The notes beneath the pieces were generated by a model. That model worked only from the letters and a program-made list of their open reading frames with translations, was not told the DNA's origin and did not search any database. A stretch of 61,131 nucleotides of DNA, the filler included, from Nitrospiraceae bacterium (GTDB lineage Bacteria; Nitrospirota; Nitrospiria; Nitrospirales; Nitrospiraceae), in the NCBI GenBank assembly GCA_037442105.1. It is 4 parts of 4 records of this genome, joined end to end, with 100 filler letters (N's around TTAATTAATTAA, not from the genome) between each part and the next. Parts side by side here need not be neighbours in the genome. Positions count along the whole stretch, not along the records: positions 1 to 19,841 come from JBBIQV010000044.1; positions 19,942 to 38,825 come from JBBIQV010000045.1; 2 more parts are not named here. One strand, 5' to 3'. Both the position numbers and the translations under genes were made by a program. Shown in pieces: positions 19,417-28,690 of the stretch. Position 1 is the first letter of the stretch. Each line of letters starts with the position of its first letter.

Positions 19417-19787
19417 ATCGATACACCGAAACAAACACTACCAATCTTAGTAGTACATATGCAAATCTTCCCAGGCCTGGTGGGATGGTCTCGCAAAGTT
19501 ACGCTTTACCTTAATGGGGTGAGGTTAAGACGGGCGTTGCGTGGGTTCGGTACGGTGCAGGATTACGTTGTTCACGTCAAGGCTTCAGCCGTGATCATGG
19601 CGAAGAATACGGGCCAACTTTTCCACATCTGCCTGGAGCCTGGGATCTCGAAGGATACGTTTTAAGTACCGAGCCGATACGATAAGGGCCCTCGCCTTGA
19701 AAAAATGTCTGTTTCCCTGAGAAAGGTGGGATTTTTCGTCGAATGGTGGTTCCGTGGAAGTGACCAAATTCATAAGTTATTGAAAAG

Positions 19788-19841
19788 TGGTGAGCCGGCT
19801 GGGACTCGAACCCAGGGCCCTCGCCTTAAAAGGGCGATGCT
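19788..19841 (-). tRNA. tRNA-Lys(UUU), 5' part lost in the gap
   Basis: Anticodon arm TCGCC-CTTTTAA-GGCGA, T-loop GGTTCGAGTC, encoded CCA. Confidence 0.9.
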
Positions 19842-19885
19842 NNNNNNNNNNNNNNNNNNNNNNNNNNNNNNNNNNNNNNNNNNNN

Positions 19886-19897
19886 TTAATTAATTAA
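19886..19897. other. Artificial contig linker (TTAATTAATTAA within Ns)
   Basis: Stop-in-all-frames spacer; same motif at 38870-38881 and 57508-57519. Confidence 0.97.
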
Positions 19898-19962
19898 NNN
19901 NNNNNNNNNNNNNNNNNNNNNNNNNNNNNNNNNNNNNNNNNGAGAAAGTGATTAAGTGGAAG

Positions 19963-19997
19963 GTGAGTGAGTGAGTGAGTGAGTGAGTGAGTGAGTG
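19963..19997 (+). repeat. (GTGA)8 microsatellite
   Basis: Eight full GTGA units plus GTG, near a contig end. Confidence 0.9.
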
Positions 19998-20496
19998 CAA
20001 GCGGGGAGCCGCCTGGAGGGAGCTTGGCGCGCGTCGATTGTCGCTGCGGTCCATGAGAACGACTCCTCGCAGCTTCTGCGACGCGTGCCCGCGTGGCAGG
20101 AGCGACTGATGGAACGGGCGGATTCTACTCCCTCGTCGAATGGCGAGGCAAGTACCTCGTAGGGAGTAGGCCGGGAGCAGAACTGGGCACGACTCTATAT
20201 CACTCGGGGCAGGACGGCAATACGCCATTTGGCGTAGACGGTTTCCTGCGATGCCCCCCAGGAGCATCAGGCAGCTCCGTTCTGCTGTCCCCTTTCTTCA
20301 AACCTACTCGGCAGGGCCGGTCTGGCTAGCCTCACTGCGGCCGTCGAGCGAGATTAAAGATGACCCTTCCGAGCTCGCTCATTATCTCTTCAGGGGCGGG
20401 GGCTGACTGACCGCCCACTGCGCGCGTCGACCGATCGCCTTCCGAGGCGAGGGGTCCGCGAGCACCGAGACCATCCTCGATGCCTCGCCACCCTTT

Positions 20497-20589
20497 CCAC
20501 TCTTGACACCTCCTCCCCCACCCCGTAGGCTCCTGTTCATGATCGCCACTGCGCCCAAGAAAATCCTGGTCGTCGAAGATGAGCCGGAC
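20497..20589 (+). repeat. 93-bp copy of the phoB promoter and first 17 codons
   Basis: Matches 23110-23202 with 3 substitutions. Confidence 0.95.
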
Positions 20590-20701
20590 GGAGTTTAAGG
20601 GGTCTGACCCCATTATTTCTTTCCCCTTGCATCGGCACCGCGGAGTTTGGAAGAGTATCAAGCCCGCAGGTGTGCGGAGAAAGCACCTGCGCGGCCTACT
20701 G

Positions 20702-21682
20702 TTATAGCCGGCGCTCACTCGCGGCCCGAAATACCCGGATGGCGCTGCGCACCTCCGCGAGCGCCTCGTCGGTTCGCAGTAGCGTCAACCTTGCCTCCAT
20801 GTCCGCAATCATCCGATCCAGCCGCCACGCCTCCGCCGGACCGTCGCTTTGTACAAGGCTCCCGAACGGCCCGTTTTCGACTATGACCGGGTGATAACGG
20901 GGATGGTACGGCAACTGGTCAAGCTCCCACTGGAGTTCATCTGCCTGCTCCTTGAGCACCTGATTGTAGACGGCCAGCTTCTCGTCGGTCAGTCGCTCGG
21001 CGTCGCCTTCTTCCCGCTGGGGCCACGCCAGCTCCAGACGGAGGAGGCTGTGCAGGTCGTTGTTGTGGTAGGCGGCGGTCAGCTCTTGCATCAGAGCGAC
21101 CTTGCGCTGCTTCCGTTCGGGATCTGGCTCGAGGTCGGGATGCAGCACCTTCGCAAGTTGTCGGTAGTCGGATACATCCACATCGATCCCGAATTCGCCG
21201 AACGCCTCCTCCATCATCGAGCGCACCGCCTCGAATCCTTCTCGTTCAGCGCGGTCGAAGCTGATCCGATGCACCCGTTCGAAGAGCGCCCGTAGGTCGC
21301 CATCCACTAGTGAGCCTTCCGCTACCACGAGCATGTCCAACTGGTCCGCGACGATCGCGTGCAGCGTCTTCCGTTCACTCTTGCGCAGCAGGCGCGAGTT
21401 GTCGAGAAACGGCGCAAGCGCGCGAAGGATGTCCTTGCACAAGGTCGTCAGCCTCAACTGCCGTGGGTGCAGGTGTTGTGCGTAATAGAGAAGCGCCGCA
21501 TCTAGCCGGCGAGTTTCGCAAGCCAGTGCGGCCCTCAGTTTTTCGATCCTGGCCAGGAGCCGGTTGAACGTGCGCTGCACCTTGGTTAACGGCCGGTTCG
21601 GCTGGACGCGCAATGAGAGTTCACCGGAAATCCCCAGATCGGCACGCTCACTGCCAAACAACGAAGTCTGGTTGTCCGCCAT
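20702..21682 (-). CDS. Coiled-coil protein with J-domain-like HPD motif (possibly internally deleted)
   Basis: YRQLAKVLHPDLEPD...LMQELTAAY. Confidence 0.7.
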   Translation of the reverse strand: MADNQTSLFGSERADLGISGELSLRVQPNRPLTKVQRTFNRLLARIEKLRAALACETRRLDAALLYYAQHLHPRQLRLTTLCKDILRALAPFLDNSRLLRKSERKTLHAIVADQLDMLVVAEGSLVDGDLRALFERVHRISFDRAEREGFEAVRSMMEEAFGEFGIDVDVSDYRQLAKVLHPDLEPDPERKQRKVALMQELTAAYHNNDLHSLLRLELAWPQREEGDAERLTDEKLAVYNQVLKEQADELQWELDQLPYHPRYHPVIVENGPFGSLVQSDGPAEAWRLDRMIADMEARLTLLRTDEALAEVRSAIRVFRAASERRL

Positions 21683-21885
21683 GGTTGTCTCCTGAAGAAG
21701 ACTTCGGTTGCTCTGACTTTCGGATAGTGAGCGATGTTGGGTGCACCCTGATCAGTGCAAGAAAGACTAACAGAGGCGCTGACCCTCTGCCGGTCTCACA
21801 TGTGTTCTTGTCGGGAAGATGGTCATTGGCGGCCGGATGACTCAGCCAAGACTTGCCCACGGTTGACACGGGTAAGTTGTTCAGG

Positions 21886-22149
21886 CTAAGCCGCCCAGGT
21901 TTCGAGGCCGCTGACGCTCCGCTCCCAGACGTAATCATACACTCGTCCAGCCACCGCTTCGGTTTCTTCGTCCGTGAACGGAGGCCGAGGCAGGGCCTGC
22001 CAAACATTGTCGAGGATGAACACCTTCACTTCGGCCTGGATAGCGGTGTTCTTCGTCCAGTCGTGCATGGGTTGAAGCAGCTCGCGCAGAGACACCCGCA
22101 AGGCCTTGCTTACATGCTTGACCCGATGGATTTCAGAGGTCAGATCCAT
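21886..22149 (-). pseudogene. hsdR: C-terminal fragment of type I restriction subunit R
   Basis: DWTKN..QAEVKVFI.D..LP..PF..VYDYVW resembles the HsdR C-terminus; rest of gene absent. Confidence 0.55.
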
Positions 22150-22287
22150 TTTTCTTGTCCCTGATCAATCTGACGTGCCTCGCTACGTAAGCACGGAAGG
22201 CTGCAGGTCGTGACTGCCCCCTAAATTTCTGCCACCTCGGAGATGATAGTGTGACACCCGCTCGCCCCCGCCGGCTGCAGATGCTTC

Positions 22288-22596
22288 TTAACTCGCCCTC
22301 GCAAGCACCGGAACTTCCTTCTCAATCCGATCGCCAAGTCGATCCTTCTCAACTTCCAGATCATACCGCGCTTGCATGTTAAGCCAGAGACGGTCAGTGG
22401 TGCCGAAATACCTAGAAAGTCGTAATGCGGTATCAGCAGTGATAGATCGGAGGCCGTGGACGATTTCGTTGATGCGTCGCGGTGGTACACGGAGATCTTT
22501 TGCCAGCCGATACTGACTGATGCCCAAGGGCTTGAGGAAGTCTTCTAGCAGGACTTCGCCCGGGTGAATTGGCGGCGTTTTCTTCTGGCGCTTCAT
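22288..22596 (-). CDS. higA: HigA antitoxin
   Basis: IHPGEVLLEDFLKPLGISQYRLA..RINEIV..ITADTALRL. Confidence 0.95.
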   Translation of the reverse strand: MKRQKKTPPIHPGEVLLEDFLKPLGISQYRLAKDLRVPPRRINEIVHGLRSITADTALRLSRYFGTTDRLWLNMQARYDLEVEKDRLGDRIEKEVPVLARAS

Positions 22597-22619
22597 GGTA
22601 ACCTCACTTTCCCCGGGAT

Positions 22620-22901
22620 TCAGTGGTAGTCAACAATTTCCACGTCGTGTGCATTTCCATCCTTCCAGGTAAAGCAGATGCGCCACTGGTCGTTGATGCG
22701 GACACTCATTTGACCGTGACGGCTTCCTGAGAGCTTCTCTAAGCGATTGCCGGGGGGTATCCGCAAATCCCGCAACGCTTCAGCGCCATCTACAGCGACA
22801 AGCTTACGCAGAGCAGTCCGCTGAAGCTCTGCCGACAACCTCTTGGACGATTCGCGGTTCCAGATCCGTTCAGTATCCCTGTCGCGGAAGCTCTTGATCA
22901 C
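22620..22901 (-). CDS. higB: HigB toxin
   Basis: MIKSF..LRIPPGNRLEKL..SVRINDQWRICF..VEIVDYH. Confidence 0.95.
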   Translation of the reverse strand: MIKSFRDRDTERIWNRESSKRLSAELQRTALRKLVAVDGAEALRDLRIPPGNRLEKLSGSRHGQMSVRINDQWRICFTWKDGNAHDVEIVDYH

Positions 22902-23018
22902 TCGCGGGAGCCTAACGCTTTGAGGATCATAACGTCAAGCGTTACTACCGGATACGGGGCGGAAGCTGGGGGGAGGTCGTATTAAATGGATTTAAGGGGG
23001 CGGACCCCTTTTTCTTGT

Positions 23019-23093
23019 CCGTGTTGGTCCAACTGCGCCCGTCGAACGAGCACTTTCTGAAGTGCGGGTTCCGGGAGCACAGGACCAACACGG
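23019..23093 (-). repeat. Bulged-hairpin repeat family, copy 1
   Basis: Core TCCTGTGCTCCCGGAACCCGCACTTCAGAAAGTGCTCGTTCGACGGGCGCAG on minus strand; outer stem CCGTGTTGGTCC/GGACCAACACGG. Confidence 0.85.
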
Positions 23094-23115
23094 CCAGTCT
23101 CCCACTCCCCCACTC

Positions 23116-23144
23116 TTGACACCTCCTCCCCCACCCCGTAGGCT
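23116..23144 (+). promoter_or_regulatory. sigma70 promoter of phoB (likely leaderless transcript)
   Basis: TTGACA-17 nt-TAGGCT; ATG 7 nt downstream with no SD. Confidence 0.7.
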
Positions 23145-23151
23145 CCTGCTC

Positions 23152-23850
23152 ATGACCGCCACTGCGCCCAAGAAAATCCTGGTCGTCGAAGACGAGCCGG
23201 ACATTCTTCAGTTGGTCAGGCTCTATTTGGAGAAAGACGGGTTCCACGTCGTCACCGCCGCCACCGGCACGGCCGCATTGAAGCAGGTCAATGCTGAGCG
23301 TCCGGATCTTGTCGTGCTGGACCTGATGCTCCCCGAACTGGACGGCTTAGAGGTTTGCAAGCGTATCCGGGCGGCTCCCGAAACTGCCTTGCTCCCCATC
23401 ATCATGCTAACCGCCAAGGCAGAGGAATCGGATACCGTCATCGGCCTCGAATTGGGCGCCGACGATTACGTCACGAAGCCGTTCAGCCCGAAAGCTCTTG
23501 CGGCCCGCGTGAAGGCTCTCTTGCGCCGATTGGACCGCAAGCCGGATGACGGCATGACGCAGTATCGCTATGGCGATCTCGCCCTTGATCTCTCCCGCCA
23601 CGAAGTGACCGCGAAGGGTCAGGAGGTGATTCTCACGGCCAAGGAATTTGGTCTCCTCGAACATCTTTTGCGCAATCCGGGCCGTGTGTTGACCCGCGAA
23701 GTCTTGTTGAATGCCGTGTGGGGCTACGATTACTTCGGCACCACGCGGACGGTCGATGTCCACGTGCGCCGTCTGAAACAAAAGATTCCGTTGCTGAACG
23801 AGGCCATCGTCTCCGTCAAATCGCTCGGCTATAAACTCAAAGAACCGTGA
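23152..23850 (+). CDS. phoB: OmpR/PhoB-family response regulator
   Basis: Receiver plus winged helix (RTVDVHVRRL); next to PhoR-like kinase and Pi transporter. Confidence 0.88.
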   Translation: MTATAPKKILVVEDEPDILQLVRLYLEKDGFHVVTAATGTAALKQVNAERPDLVVLDLMLPELDGLEVCKRIRAAPETALLPIIMLTAKAEESDTVIGLELGADDYVTKPFSPKALAARVKALLRRLDRKPDDGMTQYRYGDLALDLSRHEVTAKGQEVILTAKEFGLLEHLLRNPGRVLTREVLLNAVWGYDYFGTTRTVDVHVRRLKQKIPLLNEAIVSVKSLGYKLKEP

Positions 23851-23853
23851 CAA

Positions 23854-25698
23854 GTGCGTGTGATGACGCTCTCCATTCGCTGGAAAGTCACTCTCAGCAC
23901 GCTCCTCGCCGTCGTGTGCGGACTGGGCATCGCCGGATGGCTCGCCGTACGCGCTCTCGAACGGCAAGAAGTAACACAGCTCACGGAAACGTTGGAGGCC
24001 CGAGCCGGCCTTGCCGCCCTCGCTCTCCAATCGTATCTTGCTGCATCGGACGGCGTTTCTCCCCGTCCTAACCTGCAGGCCATCGCACGCGACATCAGCC
24101 TCCGCGCCCAGTCCCGTGTCACCATCATCGGACTCGATGGCACCGTCGCCGCAGACAGCGCGGTGGCCGAGAACGATCTCAAGGGACTTGAGAACCATCG
24201 GTCGCGGCTTGAAGTGGCCCAGGCCCTGACATCGGGCCGGGGAACCGATCTCCGTGCCAGCCAGACCACAGGACAACGGACGCTCTACCTGGCCTTAGCC
24301 GTCACCCCGAAGGGTCACACCGGCCCCGCCGCCATCCTGCGACTCGGACTGCCGCTGCTCACCATCGAGCAACAAATCGCGAAACTCCAGCGTAGCCTGG
24401 CGATCGCCTTCGGCGTCGCGTTCTGTATCGCGGTCGGGCTCAGTATCTGGTTGGCTCGGAGTTTGACCAGACCCCTCTCGGAAATAGCGAGCATGGCGCA
24501 ACAACTGGCCGGTGGTACCACCAACATCCGTTTGAAAGCGCCCTCTCGCGATGAGGTAGGGCTTCTGGCCGACACCCTCAATCACATGACGGAACAGCTC
24601 GAAACGAAGATACGAGAGATTTCCGACGACCGAGCGCAGCTCCTCGCCATGCTGACCGCGATGGTCGAAGGGGTGATGGTGCTCGATTATCGGGGGACCA
24701 TCCTCCAGGTCAATCCGGCGCTTGAGCGCATGTTTGCCTTAGGGGGGATCGATGCGAGAGGGCGGCGATATTCCGACGTGATTCGACATGACCAACTCGG
24801 AGAGCTGATCTCAAGCATTCTCTCCGTGCGCGCAAACCGCGGTGGAGAAATCACCCTGCAGCCGAGCGGACACTGCCTGCACGTGGAAGCATCGGTCGCC
24901 GGAGGGGAACGAGAAAACGAAGCCTGTGCCGTGTTGGTATTTCACGACATCACCGACTTGCGCCGTCTCGAAAAGGTCCGCAAAGATTTCGTCGCAAATG
25001 TCTCGCACGAGCTCCGTACACCCCTGACGTCGATCAAGGGCTACGTCGAAGCCTTGTTGGACGGCGGCAATAACGACCCCTCCACGGCGGCACGCTTTCT
25101 CGAGATCATCCTGAAGCAAAGCGACCGGCTCAACTTGATCCTCGACGATTTGCTCCAACTGTCCCAGATCGAGTCGGGACAGGTCCTCTTTAAGCGCGAG
25201 CCCGTCCGACTTTCCGCGCTGCTCGACCGCACGTTAGCGATTATTCAGCCGCTGGCCGAAAAGAAAGGGCATCGGATCACCGTGGCGATCGAGCCGGACC
25301 TTCCGCTCGTGACGGGCGATGAAGATCGGTTATGCCAGGTGTTCTCAAACCTGTTGGACAATGCGGTGAAGTACACACCGGACCAGGGTACCATCACGAT
25401 CGAGGCGTACATGCTGAGTGTTTCCCCCGCTGGAGCAGGCGCTTGCCGGGTCGTCGACATCGTCGTCGCGGATAGCGGTATCGGCATTCCGGAAGCAGAC
25501 CGGCCACGGGTCTTCGAACGGTTCTATCGGGTCGATAAGGCCCGCGCGCGCGAGCTTGGTGGAACGGGACTCGGCTTGGCTATCGTGAAACATATTGTGG
25601 AGGGACACGAGGGACGCGTCTGGGTGGAGGGGAACCATCCACAGGGCAGTCGATTCGTCGTCCGGCTGCCGGCTGCCCCTACGCCAGCTTCGCCATGA
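23854..25698 (+). CDS. phoR: PhoR-like sensor kinase (HAMP, PAS)
   Basis: DFVANVSHELRTPL, FERFYRVDKAR.RELGGTGLGL. Confidence 0.9.
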   Translation: MRVMTLSIRWKVTLSTLLAVVCGLGIAGWLAVRALERQEVTQLTETLEARAGLAALALQSYLAASDGVSPRPNLQAIARDISLRAQSRVTIIGLDGTVAADSAVAENDLKGLENHRSRLEVAQALTSGRGTDLRASQTTGQRTLYLALAVTPKGHTGPAAILRLGLPLLTIEQQIAKLQRSLAIAFGVAFCIAVGLSIWLARSLTRPLSEIASMAQQLAGGTTNIRLKAPSRDEVGLLADTLNHMTEQLETKIREISDDRAQLLAMLTAMVEGVMVLDYRGTILQVNPALERMFALGGIDARGRRYSDVIRHDQLGELISSILSVRANRGGEITLQPSGHCLHVEASVAGGERENEACAVLVFHDITDLRRLEKVRKDFVANVSHELRTPLTSIKGYVEALLDGGNNDPSTAARFLEIILKQSDRLNLILDDLLQLSQIESGQVLFKREPVRLSALLDRTLAIIQPLAEKKGHRITVAIEPDLPLVTGDEDRLCQVFSNLLDNAVKYTPDQGTITIEAYMLSVSPAGAGACRVVDIVVADSGIGIPEADRPRVFERFYRVDKARARELGGTGLGLAIVKHIVEGHEGRVWVEGNHPQGSRFVVRLPAAPTPASP

Positions 25699-26671
25699 GG
25701 AGATAGATCACCGTGGAGAGGATCGCCGCGCCCGGAAGGGTGAACACCCACGCATAGAGGATTCTGGCCGTGACACCCCACCGCACGGCCGAGAGTCGCT
25801 TAATGGCACCGACGCCCATCACCGACGACGTGATGGTGTGTGTGGTGCTGACCGGCAGGCCAATGTGTGCGGTCGCCAGCAACACGGCGGCGGCACCGGT
25901 CTCTGCGGCAAAGCCGTGTACAGGTTCAAGCTTGACGATCCGCATCCCCAACGTCCGCACGATTTTCCAGCCACCCACTGCCGTTCCCAACCCCATCGCC
26001 ACCGCACAGGAACCGATAACCCAGGCCGGAACCTCCGTGCTCGAAATCTGACCAGCAGAGAGCAAGGCCAGCGTGATGATGCCCATGGCCTTTTGGGCAT
26101 CGTTTGCCCCGTGGCTGAATGCCATAAAGCTGGCCGAGAGGAGTTGTAGGCGCGAAAACAGCCGCGCGGCCATCCTCCGAGGGACACGAAAGAAAACCCA
26201 ACTAATCACCACCATGAGGGTCAACCCCGTCGCGAACCCGAAAAAGGGAGACAACACCATCGCCTCCAAGACCGACCGCAAGCCGGATACCTTCACTGCA
26301 GCCCAACCCCCGTGTGTCACCGCAGCCCCGACCAACCCGCCGATCAACGCATGTGACGAGCTTGTCGGCAGCCCCAACAACAACGTAAACAAGTTCCAGA
26401 TGATCGCCCCTGCCAGCGCCGACGCCACCATCTGCTGCGTGACCACTGCCGGATCGACGATGCCCGAACCAACCATCTTGGCAACGGCGGTGGACATGAA
26501 GGCTCCTGCGATGTTCAGCGCTCCAGCCATCACCACGGCGACAAAGGGGCTGATGACCCGCGTGGACACGACGGTGGCAATCGCATTCGCACTGTCGTGC
26601 CAGCCGTTCGAGAAATCGAATAACAGCGCCAGCACGACGACGAGGAACAAGAAGCCGTTGAGATCAGGCAT
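25679..26671 (-). CDS. pit: PiT-family inorganic phosphate transporter
   Basis: GWHDSANAIAT, PTSSSH, HGANDAQK, PVSTTH. Confidence 0.95.
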   Translation of the reverse strand: MPDLNGFLFLVVVLALLFDFSNGWHDSANAIATVVSTRVISPFVAVVMAGALNIAGAFMSTAVAKMVGSGIVDPAVVTQQMVASALAGAIIWNLFTLLLGLPTSSSHALIGGLVGAAVTHGGWAAVKVSGLRSVLEAMVLSPFFGFATGLTLMVVISWVFFRVPRRMAARLFSRLQLLSASFMAFSHGANDAQKAMGIITLALLSAGQISSTEVPAWVIGSCAVAMGLGTAVGGWKIVRTLGMRIVKLEPVHGFAAETGAAAVLLATAHIGLPVSTTHTITSSVMGVGAIKRLSAVRWGVTARILYAWVFTLPGAAILSTVIYLLMAKLA

Positions 26672-26679
26672 GGAGGATC

Positions 26680-26753
26680 GTGAGGGGTGAGGGGTAAGGA
26701 GTAAGGGGTAAGGGGCTGGAGATCATTTTACGTTTCACGCGTGACGCCTCACG
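26680..26753. repeat. Heptamer tandem-repeat hairpin
   Basis: (GTGAGGG/GTAAGGG)n arm with CGTTTCA/CCTCACG counter-arm. Confidence 0.6.
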
Positions 26754-26758
26754 GTTCG

Positions 26759-27379
26759 TCAGATGTGTTTCAAGGCAATGCGCTCGAGAATGTTTGCGAC
26801 ATCCTCACAGCGGTCTGTCCCCGCCTCAAAGCCTTCGTAAATTTCCTTCCACTTAATCACCGCGATCGGATCGGTTTCTTTCTCGAACAAGGCCGAGATG
26901 GCATCGCGGGCGACCCGGTCGGCCTCATTCTCGAGGCTGTTCACCCTCACGCAGCATTCCGTCACATCGGGATGCGGCTTGCCCAAGAGATCGACTGCCG
27001 CACCCACCGCCACCGCCGCCTGATACAGAATGTTCGACAACTTGATCGCCGCCTCCGTCGGTTTGACCACCTTATAAATTACAAACCGATCCGCGATCGC
27101 CTCGATGACATCCAGAATGTCGTCCAGAGCGCTGGCTAGCCCATGAATGTCCTCTCGATCGATCGGTGTGATGAAGGTCTGGTTCAATCGGCGCGCGATG
27201 TCGTGCGTCAAACCGTCCCCGACATGCTCGACCTCCTTGATGCGCTTAGCCTTCTCGGCGGGATGCCGGAAATCCTCCATGAAGTCTTTCAGCAGGCGAC
27301 TCCCCTCGATCATGTTGTGGGCCGCTTGCTTAAAGAGTTCGAAAAACGCTTCTTCGCGGGGGATCAGACCAAACATCAT
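26759..27379 (-). CDS. DUF47 phosphate transport regulator
   Basis: TFITPIDREDI..LDDILD..ENEAD..IKWKEIY..DRCED. Confidence 0.93.
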   Translation of the reverse strand: MMFGLIPREEAFFELFKQAAHNMIEGSRLLKDFMEDFRHPAEKAKRIKEVEHVGDGLTHDIARRLNQTFITPIDREDIHGLASALDDILDVIEAIADRFVIYKVVKPTEAAIKLSNILYQAAVAVGAAVDLLGKPHPDVTECCVRVNSLENEADRVARDAISALFEKETDPIAVIKWKEIYEGFEAGTDRCEDVANILERIALKHI

Positions 27380-27415
27380 AGGCTCACTTGTTTCTTCCTC
27401 ATTTCATCTTCTAAG

Positions 27416-27564
27416 GGATGCCCGTGTTGACTCCTACTGCGCACGTTCACCGAGCACCTTCCATGAAGTCGAGCTGCGCCCGACACGGGAGGGGGCCCAA
27501 ACTAATTCCCCTCCCGCACCCATGCGTGCGGGGTGCGGGAGCACAGGAGTCGACACGGGCATCC
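27416..27564 (-). repeat. Bulged-hairpin repeat family, copy 2 (with insertion)
   Basis: TCCTGTGCTCCCGCACCCCGCAC...GTGCTCGGTGAACGTGCGCAGTAGGA on minus strand; outer stem GGATGCCCGTGT. Confidence 0.75.
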
Positions 27565-27574
27565 TTTCTCTTTG

Positions 27575-28567
27575 TTACCACCGGACTAATCCCGTCGCCC
27601 AGGTCAGCCCTCCGCCGAACGCTCCCAGCAGTATCAGATCGCCTGAAGCCACACGCCCTTCACGAACCGCGTGGTCGAGAGCGATGGGGAGGGACGCCGA
27701 CGAGGTGTTGCCGAACCCTTCGATCACCGTGTACATACGTTCGGACGGTATCCCCAGCCGTTCTCTGAGACGGCGCAAGATCCGCGCATTGGCTTGATGC
27801 AGGATGACCTGCCGGATCTCCTCTTTTGTGACGCCGAACTCTTTGAGAAGATCCTGGACGGCCCGCTCGAGCCGCCGGGTCGCCAGCCGGAACAATGAGG
27901 CTCCCCGCATCCGAATCACATGCTGCAGGGTACCGACGGTTTCGGCGGATGTCGGTCGCCTTGAGCCTCCTGCCGGCATCTCTATCAGGTGAACTCCGGC
28001 CCCATCCGCATAGAGCCGGATTCCGAGTATCCCGCTCGCCGGCGGACTCTGCGCCATCTCTCCGACGAGTACCGCCGCTCCAGCTCCGTCGCCGAACAGA
28101 ATGGCCGTCGCAAGATCCTTCCGGTCGAGAAAACGCGACTTCACTTCCGCCCCGATTACCAGACAGGTGTGGGCCTGCCCGCTGCGAATCTTCGCATCCG
28201 CCATCGACAGCCCATACAGAAACCCTGAGCAAGAGGCTTGGACATCGAAGGCGGCGGCGTGCGATAGTCCCAGCACGCGCTGCACATGACAGGCCGTAGA
28301 CGGAAACACAGTATCCGGAGATGTGGTTGACACCACAACCATGTCGACTGACGCCTTAGCGATCCCGGCCGCCTGGAGCGCCTGTACTGCGGCTGAGGCC
28401 GCAAGATCCGATGTGCTTTGCCGTTCATCGACCCACCGGCGGGTCCGAATGCCGGTGAGCCGGTGGACTTTTGCCGGTACAAGCCCGAGGGGAGACGCGA
28501 CCTCGTCGTTGCCCACCACTCGCTCCGGAAGACAGGACCCAGTTCCGACAATCCGACTTCGTCGCAC
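27575..28567 (-). CDS. fabH: 3-oxoacyl-ACP synthase III
   Basis: ASCSGF, LFGDGAGA, HQAN, GNTSSAS, FGGGLTW; GTG start with AGGAGG RBS. Confidence 0.95.
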   Translation of the reverse strand: MRRSRIVGTGSCLPERVVGNDEVASPLGLVPAKVHRLTGIRTRRWVDERQSTSDLAASAAVQALQAAGIAKASVDMVVVSTTSPDTVFPSTACHVQRVLGLSHAAAFDVQASCSGFLYGLSMADAKIRSGQAHTCLVIGAEVKSRFLDRKDLATAILFGDGAGAAVLVGEMAQSPPASGILGIRLYADGAGVHLIEMPAGGSRRPTSAETVGTLQHVIRMRGASLFRLATRRLERAVQDLLKEFGVTKEEIRQVILHQANARILRRLRERLGIPSERMYTVIEGFGNTSSASLPIALDHAVREGRVASGDLILLGAFGGGLTWATGLVRW

Positions 28568-28690
28568 CGATTTCCTCCTGTCTGGCGACTCCCAGCAAGC
28601 CAGCGGGATTATAGGTCCCTCCACCCGGAGGGTCAACCACAGGTCCGTTTAGATTGCATTTTAAGACCGTCTCTGCTACACATTTCCACT

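Larger units (their letters stand above)
15204..19787. mobile_element. 4.6-kb integrase-less element inserted at the tRNA-Lys 3' end
   Basis: Bounded by the 48-bp tRNA direct repeats; IHF-like sites in both arms; TA and primase-helicase cargo. Confidence 0.85.
20590..23109. mobile_element. 2.5-kb island between the duplicated phoB 5' ends
   Basis: Direct repeats on both sides; cargo of J-domain-like gene, hsdR fragment and higBA. Confidence 0.7.

Noticed and set aside
19886..19897. TTAATTAATTAA palindrome repeated three times
   Set aside because: Always embedded in N runs; an artificial contig linker, so adjacency across these joins (e.g. tRNA-Lys to the phoB island) is not biological evidence
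25679..25698. Convergent phoR/pit 3' overlap
   Set aside because: Short convergent overlaps are common
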